64,000 nucleotides of DNA. Source: Terriglobia bacterium. Its GTDB lineage: Bacteria; Acidobacteriota; Terriglobia; JAJPHL01; JAPKYU01. The notes below the pieces were generated by a model. The model was given only the letters and a program-made list of their open reading frames with translations, was not told where the DNA came from and did no database searches. Positions within the stretch are counted from its first letter, which is position 1. Each line of letters begins with the position of its first letter. Both the position numbers and the translations under genes were made by a program. Where the stretch lies: positions 256,001 through 320,000 of the forward strand of contig CBDBKE010000003.1 in the NCBI GenBank assembly GCA_965206645.1. The letters run 5' to 3'. Below, in pieces: positions 43,759-54,659 of the stretch.

Positions 43759-45008
43759 TGACCTGACCGGCACTTTTTGTACCAAGTGGAAAGAGAGAGA
43801 ATCCACTTGAGAAGGAAGTGAGGTCATGCCGACAAGGAGTTACAAGCCGGAGCAGATTGTAGCGGTGCTACGGCAGATAGAAGTGCAGATGGGGAACGGG
43901 AAGACTGCGCCCCAAGCCTGCAAAGAAGCTGGAATCCACACCCAAACCTACTACCGGTGGCGGAAGGAATACGGCGGGCTGAAGGTGGTGCAGGCAAAAC
44001 GGCTGAAGGAGTTGGAGAAGGAAAACACGCGGCTGAAGCGGTTGGTAGCGGAGCTTTCTCTGGAGAAGCAGGTGCTGCGGGATGTGGCACAGGGAAACTT
44101 CTGAGCCCTGAGCGGCGGCGTTGTGCGGTGGAGCGTGCGTGGGAGCAACACGGGTTGTCGGAACGGCATGCCTGCCGGCTGCTGGGGCAATGGCGAGGGA
44201 CACAACGATACGAGCCGATTCATCGGGTGGACGAGGATGCTCTGACCCGAGCGATCATTGCCCTGGGAGCGAAGTACGGGCGATATGGCTACCGGAGGAT
44301 CACAGCGTTGCTGCGGAGTGCGGGCTGGGAAGTGGGCAAGGACCGGGTGCAGCGGATTTGGCGGCGGGAAGGGCTGAAAGTGCCGCAAAAACAAAGGCCG
44401 CGAGGACGGCTGTGGCTGAACGACGGTTCCTGTGTACGACTGAGGCCGGAGCGACCGAACCACGTGTGGAGCTACGACTTCATGAGTGCCAGAACGCACG
44501 AGGGGAGAACGCTGCGGCTGCTGACCTTGCTGGATGAGTACACGCGGGAATGCCTGGCGATCCGGGTGGAGCGGAGGATGGGCAGCCAACAAATCATTGA
44601 GGCGTTGTCGGACGTGATGTTGTGGCGAGGGATACCGGAACAGATTCGATCCGACAATGGTCCCGAGTTCATCGCCAAACAACTGCGCCAGTGGTTGGCA
44701 AATCTAGGGACCGGGACACTGTACATCGAACCGGGCAGTCCCTGGGAGAACGGGTACTGCGAGAGTTTCAATGGGAAGCTGCGGGACGAATGCCTGAATG
44801 GAGAGATCTTCTACTCGTTGAAGGAGGCACAGGTGGTGATTGAACAGTGGAGGGTGCAATACAACACGGTGCGGCCGCACTCGGCGCTCGGCTATAGGCC
44901 CCCGGCGCCGGGGGCCTATAGCCATCCCCTGCCACTGAAACCAGTTTCACAGCCCCAGGCTGCGATGTGAACTCTCACTACGGTTGGTACAAAAAATCGG
45001 TCTGGTCA
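43759..45008 (+). mobile_element. IS3-family element type B copy 2 (orfA 43826-44104, orfB to 44970)
   Basis: Near-identical to 31250-32498; flanks CAAC / CCGT, so no duplication. Confidence 0.93.
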
Positions 45009-46085
45009 CCGTGTGGTCCGTTTGTCGCAGGCCTCATAGGGCGTCGCCGGCAGGGGCAGCAGCCTCTGTTGATCCTTCGCGAACCGCTCGCCGATCGTCT
45101 CTTGATGTCCTCGCAGACGCCGCTCTCGCCGCCGGGTGCACTGTTCCCGCAGCTTCGCGTGCAACTCCTCCCAGCTGGCACACCGCGGCACCGGCACCAG
45201 GAAGTTCCGCCGCACGTAACCCACTAGTCCTTCCACTTTCCCTTTGTCATTGCCCTTGCCCGGTCGTCCGAACTTCTCCGCAAACAGGTAGTGACTCTGC
45301 AGTTCGGAGAACGCCCGCGTCTTGTTCCGTGTTCCGTCACCCAGGATCTGCCTCACCGCCAGCTTGGTGTTGTCGTACAGGATCGTGCGAGGCACTCCGC
45401 CGAAGTAGCCGAACGCCTGGTTGTGCCCTTCTAAGAACGCTTCGGTCGTCTCAGCCGGAAACGCCATCACGAAGCAGTCGTCCGATTGCGGCAGCTCCAT
45501 CACGAAATAGTGCGCCTTGCGCTCCACCCCGCCGATCACCACTTGCGCTTCGCCAAAGTCGGCCTGGGCCTCCCCCGGTGGATGCTCCAGCGGCACGAAC
45601 ATCTCCCGCTGGCTCAGCTTCCGCAGCCGCACGTAGTCCTTCACGATGGTGTAGCCGCCCGGGAATCCGTGCTCCTCCCGCAGCCGCTCAAAAACCCGCT
45701 TGGCCGTGTGGCGTTGCTTCTTGCTCTGGGCCTTATCTTGCTCCAGGATCTGGTCGATGATCCCCACCCAGGCATCCAGCTTCGGCCGCCGCGCCGGCTG
45801 CTGCCGCCGATAGCCCGGAGGGATCGAGTACCGCAGCATCTTGCGGACCGTCTCGCGGGCTAGCCCGAACTGCCGCGCCGCCTCCCGTTCACTGATCCCC
45901 TCAGCCTGAACTGCTCGTCGAACACGCGCATAGAGTTCCACTGTGTGCACACCTCCGGCGTTTCACAAAACACATCAGAATCACAATGTTTGATGGAATC
46001 GAACTGCGCTGGTCTAATTTTGCACCGCCAGAAACCGCCGCTTACGCGGCGCTCCCTGGTCTATTATTGCTCCGGCGTTCATACA
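45009..46085 (-). mobile_element. istA: IS21-family element, truncated (istA 5' part 45950-45009; istB absent)
   Basis: GYTIVKDYVR, GEAQADFG, FGGVP..ILYDN, KGKVE..VGYVR; TG-starting end TGTATGAACGCCGG at 46085. Confidence 0.88.
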
Positions 46086-46327
46086 CTTCCCCGTGACAGG
46101 AAGTCCACGCGGCTGTCGCTCTGTCCCTGATTCGCTTCAAAGCTCAGGGGCAGCTTGCCGTACGCCTCCACGACCTGCGGCTTGTTCGCCTTTGCGATCT
46201 TCGCCGACGAGTTTGGCTTGTGCTCAAGGCCAGACCCGGACCCCAGCTCCACCACAGCGGTGCCTAGCAGCCCAAGCGCTAGAAGCGCCATTCCCGGTCT
46301 TGCACTACGAAGCAAGGTCCTGCGCAT
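46086..46327 (-). pseudogene. N-terminus of an SBBP beta-propeller-repeat secreted protein, interrupted by IS21
   Basis: RBS GAGGGGG, signal peptide, YGKLPLSFEANQGQ.D.RV.FLSRG. Confidence 0.75.
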
Positions 46328-46397
46328 GGCTATCCCCCTCGGAGGTGAAAGACCAAAGATTATCGCCTGCCGGGTCGCATGTCCAGGAAAGCCTGAT

Positions 46398-46578
46398 TAG
46401 GTCTCCACTTACGGCTAGCGTTTGTCAATCCCGGTTTCAGTTGGCCGTGTAGTCGGCTTACCGGAAACTGACCCTCTACGCCCGCCTGGGTGGTGGGTCA
46501 GTTTCCGATAAGGGCGTTATACATCCAAGTGGGCTGCGTGGCAGCATAGGCAAACACTAACCGACTAGTGGAGACCTA
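46398..46578. repeat. Nested inverted-repeat structure
   Basis: Outer TAGGTCTCCACT.../...AGTGGAGACCTA (about 27 bp, imperfect); inner 18-bp IR at 46457-46474 / 46495-46512 (17/18 match). Confidence 0.75.
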
Positions 46579-46819
46579 TCCAGGGAAACTTGACTAAATG
46601 TCTACGGCTCAGACACTTGAAGCCGCTATGGAGCCTGGCAACTGGACGAAATCAATTCATTGCCAGATGCGGATTTCGCGAGGGGAATCGAGCGCCTGCA
46701 CGATTGCGCCCGTCATTAGTCCGCCCCCGCAGGCAAGTCAACGCGAGCGCGGCCTACTCCGAGAAGTCTAGGCGGTGCAGGAGGGAGTGGAAGCGAGGGT
46801 GGGGGTACACGCGGTCGAA

Positions 46820-48508
46820 TCAGGGGTCCACTTTAAGCTTGACTGGGCCGCGGTCTCGCTCCTTAGAGGCGTGATCCTGCCAAGCAGACGCCCGGTCCTT
46901 CTCGCCTAAGGCACCTTCCGGCTGCTGCCACGGCCCCCGCGGCACTTTCAACTCCGGCATGGGGGCCGCCTGAAACAATCGTCGGCAGGGTTTCGCCAGC
47001 CACCGCGCCCACTTAGCGGCGCGATTCACCTGGGCGCTGTCGGCGGCGATGCCGGTGTTGGCGTACATCTGTCGGTAGAGTTTTGAAATCAACACAAAAG
47101 TAAGCCGGGCCCGTAGGGACCTTATGAAGAGGGATCGCTTCCAAATCGATCGCAAGCGATAAAAACGGTCCCAAACATCCTGGGTGCGCCGACGGATCTC
47201 GTCGGCGGACATGACCGGATGGGACATGTACATCTTCGGTCGAAGAGCCTGGGGAATCAGCCAGTAGCGCGTCAGCGGGATGCCGGCAATCCGGGTGGTA
47301 TTGCTCTCCATCTTCTTTTCCCAGCGCTGGAAATCCACCGTTCCGGGGAAAGGCGTCAACAACACGAACTGCGCAAACGTCACCTCGGCCTCCTGTGCCA
47401 GAGCGGCGGTAGCCTCAAAGGTATCCGGCCGGTCGGTGGGGAGCCCAAAGATGAATGAGCCCAGGACGTGTACACCGTGTTCCCGAAAAGTGCCGAGCTG
47501 ACGAACCAGGCTGTCGCCCGCGGAGTTGAACTCCTTGTGGACAGCCTTCAGTCCTTCCGGGGTGACCGATTCAACTCCCACCAGCGCTCCCTTGATCTTG
47601 GCTCTGCGCATTGCCTCTAGGAATTCGGGATCGTCTGCCGCCTCCATGGTGATTTGCGTGAAGAACACCATGTCCTTGGGCAGCTCCGCCAGGCGCGCCA
47701 TCAATTCGAACCGTTCTTCGCGCAGGGCCAGCAGCTCGCTCAGCCGTTGTTGGTTGTTCTGACGCTCGGCCAGTCTCAGGTCCTCAAGTGTAACCGGATA
47801 AAAGTTGTCGTCGGCGAGCGCAATGAACCGAAACCCCCGGCGGCGTAGTTCGACAATTTCCTGAATGACCACGTCCGAAACACGCTGGCGTGGGCGCTGG
47901 CCGTCCGTACGCCAGACCGAACAAAACGAGCAGTGCTTCGGGCATCCGCGTACGGTTTGGACCGAGGCCCACATGTATCTATCGGGCGGCAGCAACTCCC
48001 AACGCGCTGGCAGGAACTGGTCGGCCTCGATGCGCCCGCCCTCGTAGAGGTGCTGGGGCCCTCCGTTCGTGCAATCGGCCAACACCCTCGCCCAAACCAC
48101 GTCTCCATCGCCTTTCACCACCGCGTGTGCACCTCCTAACTCGTACGCTTCCTCCGGGTAGAGGCTGGTGTGAATGCCACCGAAGATCACGTAAGCTCCG
48201 CGTTCACGAGCCATCTGCCCTACTTCGTAGCCGCGCAGAGCATTGCCGCTATGGATCCCGATTCCAACCACGTCGCCCGGTTTGATCTCCGTGAAGTAGG
48301 TTGGCTCGAGCGATTCGTCGACAAGTAGGGGGTCTCCGAAGGCGTGTGGGGTAGCAGCAGCAATTACGTAGAGCCATCGTGGCGTAATAACGCCTATACC
48401 AAACGATAAGTGATTTGGATTGACCAAGTGCACACGCACGGAGCTATTCTTCTCCCCTGAAATCCGATTCTGAACAGGAATTTCCGATTCCAACTTTACC
48501 TTTAACAT
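46820..48508 (-). CDS. Cobalamin-binding radical SAM protein
   Basis: GDVVGIG, FGGIH.SL.PEE B12 domain; VQTVRGCPKHCSFC; DDNF, GVES, GSFIFGLP.D, TPFPGT. Start uncertain (ORF open to 48646). Confidence 0.88.
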   Translation of the reverse strand: MLKVKLESEIPVQNRISGEKNSSVRVHLVNPNHLSFGIGVITPRWLYVIAAATPHAFGDPLLVDESLEPTYFTEIKPGDVVGIGIHSGNALRGYEVGQMARERGAYVIFGGIHTSLYPEEAYELGGAHAVVKGDGDVVWARVLADCTNGGPQHLYEGGRIEADQFLPARWELLPPDRYMWASVQTVRGCPKHCSFCSVWRTDGQRPRQRVSDVVIQEIVELRRRGFRFIALADDNFYPVTLEDLRLAERQNNQQRLSELLALREERFELMARLAELPKDMVFFTQITMEAADDPEFLEAMRRAKIKGALVGVESVTPEGLKAVHKEFNSAGDSLVRQLGTFREHGVHVLGSFIFGLPTDRPDTFEATAALAQEAEVTFAQFVLLTPFPGTVDFQRWEKKMESNTTRIAGIPLTRYWLIPQALRPKMYMSHPVMSADEIRRRTQDVWDRFYRLRSIWKRSLFIRSLRARLTFVLISKLYRQMYANTGIAADSAQVNRAAKWARWLAKPCRRLFQAAPMPELKVPRGPWQQPEGALGEKDRASAWQDHASKERDRGPVKLKVDP

Positions 48509-48865
48509 ACAATCATACGCCAGTCGCCCTCTTGTGCCAAGCTCACATCGCCATGGCCGCGATGGGGGGGAATCCCGGCTCGTTTTGGCAGTTCGGATGC
48601 TGCGATCATCCCGGCGGTCGACCGTTGTCCACACAAACGTCCACACGGAAAAGTCGGAAGCCCCTCCTTAAGCTTGCCCCTCGGCTCCTCGTTGAAAAAA
48701 CTTCTTCTCGAACTCCTCGCTGGGTGTTATCTTCCTCTGCATTCGGGTGTCCCTCCTTCTCGATAAGTGTTTTTGCAGGACAACTTCATTGAAAAGGGGT
48801 TATACACCGGGCTCCTTTTACAGGAAGATTAAGACATCAGCGTTGATCCAACAGGAGGAGGAACT

Positions 48866-50994
48866 ATGAAATTGATGAAAACCTCCCGAATGATGGATTG
48901 GGGTATAAGAATCCTCCTGCTCCTGTTGCTTCTCTTCAGTACCCTTCTCGCCCATAAATCCCCCTTTCTGGAAGGGACAAGCGAATCCCGGCAGCTCGCC
49001 CTGCATTTTCAGGAAGTCGCTCTCGATTCCATGAAGGACAGTACCTCCGACCGGGCCCGAGCGATTGAACTCTATTGGCAAGCCCATCGGATGGCAGGTC
49101 GCGACGTAGCGCCAGACCAGATGCAACGGCTGCTCACGAAACTCTACTCGCAGTTGCCAGGCAGCCGCATTGCCCGCGTAACTCTGAGCCGCTCCGGTTG
49201 GCAGACCCAGGGCCCTGCCGAACCGGTTATTCTTACCCAGGGTAAGCTCTCCCATCATCTGCTGCTGATTCTCGCCAACCAGACCCGAGAGCCGCACCGC
49301 TTCTCGGTGTCAGGAGCCGACGCGGCGGTGGACGTGCTGGGAGAATCTCGATCGCTGGTGGCCGGAGGCTCGACGGGTCTTTTTGTGCGCCTGGCGAGCC
49401 AACGCCTGGGCCGTTTCCGCTCCTCGCTGCGCCTCGAATCCGCCGGCCAAACCGTGGCAGTGCCTATTCATTACGAAGTGCGCCGGTCGGGACGCCTAGT
49501 AGCTCGTCTGTGGGATGCTGAGGGACGCCCCACGGCGGCGCGTATCTTTCTCCGGGCGGCCGGCGGATTCACCCACATTCCGGAGGGGAGCATCGACCGG
49601 GTGATGTGGATTTCGGGGGAACACTTCTTCTACGCGGACGCCGTGGTGCAGGCCGACTTGCCCCAGGGGAAAGCCAGCCTGGAGGTGGTCAAGGGCTTCG
49701 ATTACCTCCCCGTCACCGTCGAAGTGAACATCAAGGCCCAGGAGACCGCCTGGATAGATGTGCGTCTCAAACGGCTAGAAGGGATGAATGCCCAAGGCTG
49801 GTACAGCGGCGATGTGCATATCCACGGTAACTATCGGGGCGATCAGTTCATCACGCCGGAAGATAATTTCCTGATGGTTCGAGCCGAAGACCTGAATGTG
49901 GGCAACATGATGGTGGCCAACTCCGACGGAGCCCAGATTCACGACGAGCAGCATTTTGCGGGCAAGCTGCATGCGCTGTCCAGCCCAGAGCACCTGATGT
50001 ACTGGAACGAAGAGATGCGCAACCGCAGTATGTACGGGCATTTGATTTTGCTGAAGCTGAAGGAACTGGTGCGGCCCATCTATACGGGTTTTCCGGGAAC
50101 CCCGAATTGGGAGGATTACCCTGCCAACTATTATCATGCCCGGAAGGCCCAAGAGCAGGAAGGACACGTAGCCTACTCCCACCCAGCGTTAGTCTTTGAT
50201 GAAATTCCGACTGCATACCGGGCGCAAGAAGCGGTGGTGGATGTTCCTTTGGGACTGGTGGACGCCTTTGAAGTATTTAACAGCCGCGACGAACCCTCCA
50301 TGGCCCTCTGGTACAAATTCCTCAACACAGGTTTCAAGCTGGGCATCGCCGGTGGAAGCGATGCTATGATCAACCACAAATATATCTTTGTGGCCGGCGG
50401 AGTGCGGGCCTATGTCTACACCGGCCCCGAGTTCACCTATGAAAAATGGGTGGACGGCTTCGAGCCTTCGCCACGGTGGGCCCGTTGCTGTCCTTCGAGA
50501 TCGAAGGCCACCTCCCTGGTCAGGAGTTCCGTGTTCCCCAAGGATCGGTCCAGCTTACGGCCAGTGCCCGCGCTGTCTCCTGGATTCCTATGACGAAACT
50601 GGAGATTGTGTCCAACGGGAAAGTCATTGATGCCGTCTCTAGTGAGGTTCCCACAAAGCGGCTGGAGTGGACGGGCGTCATATCAGTGGAGCGCAGTTCC
50701 TGGGTGGCGGCGCGGGTGTGGGGCCCCGAACACCGGCGAATTGCCAACTCACCTTTTGTTTTTGCAGAACGGCGCTCGCCACTGCTGCTTCTAGCCCACA
50801 CCGGCGCCTCCTACGTGCATATCGGGGACTCGCCCATCTTTTCCCCGAAAGATCACGCCTTCCTGCTGCGGTGGATCGACAGTCTGATCGAGCAAGTTAA
50901 AACGCGCGGGCAGTTTGCCACCCAGGACCGCCGACAAGAAGTCATCAAGACCTTCCTGCGGGCCCGAAGGATCTACGAAGTAATGAGAGAATAA
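48866..50994 (+). pseudogene. CehA/McbA-family (PHP-like) metallohydrolase, frameshifted near 50460
   Basis: GWYSGDVHIH, EE.R...GH, YSHP, WYKFLNTG..L....GSD, RAYV; continues in another frame as AFATVGPLL...IVSNG...SSWVAAR...AHT. Confidence 0.78.
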
Positions 50995-51076
50995 AACGAC
51001 GGATAGGAGAGATAAGTTGAGAGAGGGGCATTATGCATTCGATGTCATGGCGTTCGGTGTTGCAGGGGTTGGTAGC

Positions 51077-52465
51077 GTGAAAACGGGACTCAGCCGGCGG
51101 CAGTTGCTAATAGGAATGGGGGCGCTGGCGGTGCGCGACGCCCACGGCCAAGCCCGCGTGCACCGCCAGCCGAAACCGTTGCCGAAGGGCGCGGTGACCA
51201 ACGATTGGCCCGCGTTTCTGGGGCCGTCGCACAATGCGGTGTCGACCGAGACCATGCTGAGACGGAAGCTGCCGCCTCCCCTGGTGTGGGAGTTTCCTAA
51301 GGGGACCGGATACGCGTCGCCGGCCATCGCGGGGAAACGCCTCCTGCTCCTGCATCGCTTGAAGAACGGGGAAATCGTCGAGTGTCTGCACCCGGATACG
51401 GGGTCGAGGCACTGGCAGTTTCGATATGCGACCGCGTACAAGGACCGGTACGGGTATAACAACGGTCCACGGTCGAGCCCGGTCATCGATGGCGAGCGGG
51501 TGTACACGATGGGGGCCGAAGGGAAGCTGCATTGTTTGGAGCTTGGATCGGGGAAGCTGGTTTGGAAACGGAACCTGCCCGCCGACTACAAGGTGCGGCA
51601 GGATTTCTTCGGGACCGCATCGACTCCGTTAGTGGAAGGCAAGCTGCTGATTGTCAACGTGGGCGCCCCGGGTGGGCCGTGCGTGGCTGGGCTGGACAAG
51701 GCAACGGGTCGAGAAGCCTGGCGCGCCGGGAAGCAGTGGGGTCCCAGTTACGCGTCACCAGTTCCGGCGGTGATCCACGGAAAGCGGCGGGTGTTTGTGT
51801 TTGCGGGAGGCGATTCGAATCCGCCAACGGGCGGGCTGCTGTCGATTGACCCGGCGACCGGGAAGGTGGATTTTGTATTCCCATGGCGGAGCCGCAGCTA
51901 TGAGTCGGTCAATGCGTCGTGCCCCGTGGTGTTCGACAACAAGGTGTTCATTTCGGCGAGTTATCGCAAAGGAAGCGCACTTTTGGAGCTGCGGCCGGAC
52001 TTCACGCCCAGGGTGGTGTGGACCAGGAAGGATTTCGGGCTGCACTTCAACACAGCGATTCACCGGGAAGGTTACCTGTACGGGTTTGACGGGCGGAACC
52101 GGCCCGACGCATCGCTGGGGTGCCTGGACGCGGCGAGTGGAAAAGTGGTGTGGAAAGAGACTCCGGAATGGACGGAGACGTTCAAGGTGGGAGGCAAGCA
52201 GCGGAAGGAACTCTTGGGAACGTACCGGGGATCGCTGCTGGCGGCGGACGGGCAATTCCTGTGCCTGGGGGAATTGGGACATCTGCTATGGATGGACCTG
52301 ACACCGAAGGGGTACAAGATGGTATCGAGGGCATGGCTGTTCGGGGCGCGCGAGTCGTGGACGTTCCCGGTGCTCAGCCGGGGCCTGCTGTATGTGGTGC
52401 AGAACACTCGGGACATGCTGTCGGGGGCAGGTCCCCGGCTGCTGTGTTACGACCTGAGGGCGTAG
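51077..52465 (+). CDS. Tat-exported PQQ-like (BamB-type) beta-propeller protein
   Basis: SRRQLL Tat motif; DWPAFLGP, GYASP, GPRSSP, GKLVW, SYASP, W..PV...G.LY, LLCYDL. ORF open from 51017. Confidence 0.85.
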   Translation: MKTGLSRRQLLIGMGALAVRDAHGQARVHRQPKPLPKGAVTNDWPAFLGPSHNAVSTETMLRRKLPPPLVWEFPKGTGYASPAIAGKRLLLLHRLKNGEIVECLHPDTGSRHWQFRYATAYKDRYGYNNGPRSSPVIDGERVYTMGAEGKLHCLELGSGKLVWKRNLPADYKVRQDFFGTASTPLVEGKLLIVNVGAPGGPCVAGLDKATGREAWRAGKQWGPSYASPVPAVIHGKRRVFVFAGGDSNPPTGGLLSIDPATGKVDFVFPWRSRSYESVNASCPVVFDNKVFISASYRKGSALLELRPDFTPRVVWTRKDFGLHFNTAIHREGYLYGFDGRNRPDASLGCLDAASGKVVWKETPEWTETFKVGGKQRKELLGTYRGSLLAADGQFLCLGELGHLLWMDLTPKGYKMVSRAWLFGARESWTFPVLSRGLLYVVQNTRDMLSGAGPRLLCYDLRA

Positions 52466-52601
52466 AGCTAGGCTTGCCAAAGGCCCAACAGACCTGTGAC
52501 CGAGCCCGAGCCGATAGGAAAAGTCCGGCAACCCTTCCACAATTTGGCATGCATGAACGACCCGCTGGCAATCAACTGAGGCGCTCGCTCAAGAAAGAGC
52601 A

Positions 52602-54236
52602 TTGACCACGGAGATGTTCCAAGCCTTGGACTGGGCGGTCGTCGCGCTCTACTTTGCGGTTGTCATGGGCATTGCCGTCCGGGTGATGCGCAAACGGGCA
52701 AAGGACTCGGCCGACTACTTCCTGGCAAGCCGGCATGTGGGCTGGTACGTGATCGGCTCCTCCATCCTTGCCTCCAATGTCGGTTCAGAGCACATCGTGG
52801 GCTTGGCCGGCACCGGAGCAAGCAGCGGCGTGCCACTCGGCCACTACGAGCTCCACTCTTGGTGCGTCTTGCTGTTGGGGTGGGTCTTCGTGCCGTTCTA
52901 CTTGCGCACCCGGGTCTTCACGATGCCTGAGTTCCTGGAGCTCCGCTACACGCCGAAGGCGCGCTGGTTTCTGTCCGTGATCTCGCTTATCGCTTACGTG
53001 CTCACGAAGGTATCGGTCACTGTGTACGCCGGCGCGATTGTCTTCCAATCGCTCATGGGGGTGGAGTTTTGGACCAGCGCGCTCGTGGTCGTGCTGCTCA
53101 CCGGCCTGTACACCATGCTCGGCGGGCTTCGGGCTATCGTGTACACAGATGCGGTGCACGTAGTCGTCCTGATTTTGGGATCGATTACAGTGACGATCGT
53201 GGGCATCGTGGAGGTCGGGGGGTGGGACAACGTGCTGTCGACGGTGGGCAAGGATCACCTCAACATGTGGCCGCCACTCGACTCCAGTTTTCCGTGGCTC
53301 GGCCTCCTGCTCACTGGCTCCATTGTCGGCATTTGGTATTGGTGCACCGATCAGTGCATCGTCCAACGGACACTGGCGGCCAAGGACGAAGCAAACGCCC
53401 GCAGGGGAACGATCTTTGCGGGCTACCTGAAACTTCTCCCATTTTTTATCTTTCTCGTCCCCGGGATCATCGCCTTTGCCCTGAACAAGCAAGGCAAGCT
53501 CCACTATGAGACGGCGGACCAGGTCTTCCCTACAATGGTCAGGACTCTGATCCCGGTGGGCGTGCGGGGACTCATTGCCGGCGGCTTGATCGCGGCACTT
53601 ATGAGCTCGCTGGCTGCGGTGTTTAACGGCTGCTCGACCCTGTTCACCATGGACATCTACAAGAAGCTCCGACCCGAAGCCACCGAGGCGACGCTGGTGC
53701 GCGTGGGACGCATCGCCACGACGGTCGTCGTCGCCTTGGGGATCGCCTGGATTCCGGTTCTAAAGGGGATGTCGGAGGAGAGTTCGCTCTATAAGTACCT
53801 CCAAAACGTACAGGCTTACATTGCTCCGCCGATCACGGCGGTCTTCCTGCTCGGCGTCTTCTTCAAGCGGATCAACGGCAAGGGCGCCCTCTCGGCGCTG
53901 ATCGCCGGCTTCCTTCTGGGCATGAGCAAGCTCGCCGTCGAGGTCTTCCCCGTGGAAGGGGTACCGCTGCTCCATGCCTACGCTAGGATTAACTTCCTAT
54001 ACTTTGCGCCAGTTCTGTTTCTCATCGCCGTCGCCATCATGACCATCGTGAGCCTCCTGACTGAGAACCCATCGGAACAGAGGCTGAGGGGACTGACCTA
54101 CGCCACGACCTTGGCACAGGACAGGGCGCTCTCCAGAGCGAGCTGGAGCAGCAAGGAGGTGATCCACACGGCGATTATCATTTCGGTCATCGTCCTCATA
54201 ATGATCTATTTCTCCCCGCTTGGAGTGGCGGGATAA
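52602..54236 (+). CDS. Sodium:solute symporter (SGLT-like)
   Basis: DYFLA.R, ASNVGSEH.VGLAG.G, TMPEFLE.R, YT..GGL.A..YTD, WYWCTDQ.IVQR. Confidence 0.93.
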   Translation: MTTEMFQALDWAVVALYFAVVMGIAVRVMRKRAKDSADYFLASRHVGWYVIGSSILASNVGSEHIVGLAGTGASSGVPLGHYELHSWCVLLLGWVFVPFYLRTRVFTMPEFLELRYTPKARWFLSVISLIAYVLTKVSVTVYAGAIVFQSLMGVEFWTSALVVVLLTGLYTMLGGLRAIVYTDAVHVVVLILGSITVTIVGIVEVGGWDNVLSTVGKDHLNMWPPLDSSFPWLGLLLTGSIVGIWYWCTDQCIVQRTLAAKDEANARRGTIFAGYLKLLPFFIFLVPGIIAFALNKQGKLHYETADQVFPTMVRTLIPVGVRGLIAGGLIAALMSSLAAVFNGCSTLFTMDIYKKLRPEATEATLVRVGRIATTVVVALGIAWIPVLKGMSEESSLYKYLQNVQAYIAPPITAVFLLGVFFKRINGKGALSALIAGFLLGMSKLAVEVFPVEGVPLLHAYARINFLYFAPVLFLIAVAIMTIVSLLTENPSEQRLRGLTYATTLAQDRALSRASWSSKEVIHTAIIISVIVLIMIYFSPLGVAG

Positions 54237-54537
54237 CATCTCCAGTGAATCCTCGGTGCATTGGTGCATCGAGGGACAGCCGATAGTCGCGCACAACCGT
54301 TCGACAAGGTCCTCCGTTGCGCATGGGACGGCATCGATTCACCTCGGCAGGCTGAACGCTGTCGGTTCGGGCGGGCCCTGACACCTGTAGCCTCTCATTT
54401 CGTTCTGAAGCACAAGTAAACACTAACCAACTAGTGGGGACTTGTTCACTGAACCTGAGGCAAGCGTCCTGTACTCAGAGACTTGGACCGAGGCGAAGCA
54501 GGCGACTGCACGTCGATGGTGGCGGTGTTGCTTTGGG

Positions 54538-54592
54538 AGCCCTCCTGGGTCTACTCTACCTACCTCGGCGGCATCGGCTTCGAGGTTGGCAG
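54538..54592 (+). pseudogene. SBBP-repeat fragment
   Basis: EPSWVYSTYLGGIGFEVG matches the YSTYLGG SBBP motif; no intact gene. Confidence 0.5.
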
Positions 54593-54659
54593 ATGTAGAA
54601 TTTTCGCTGGGGCAAATCCAAATCGGAAATCGCGAGCAAACTATCGGAGGAGGCGAACG

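Noticed and set aside
31250-45008. Composite transposon bounded by the two IS3-B copies
   Set aside because: Outer flanks (CCCC / CCGT) show no duplication, and the right end cuts istA.
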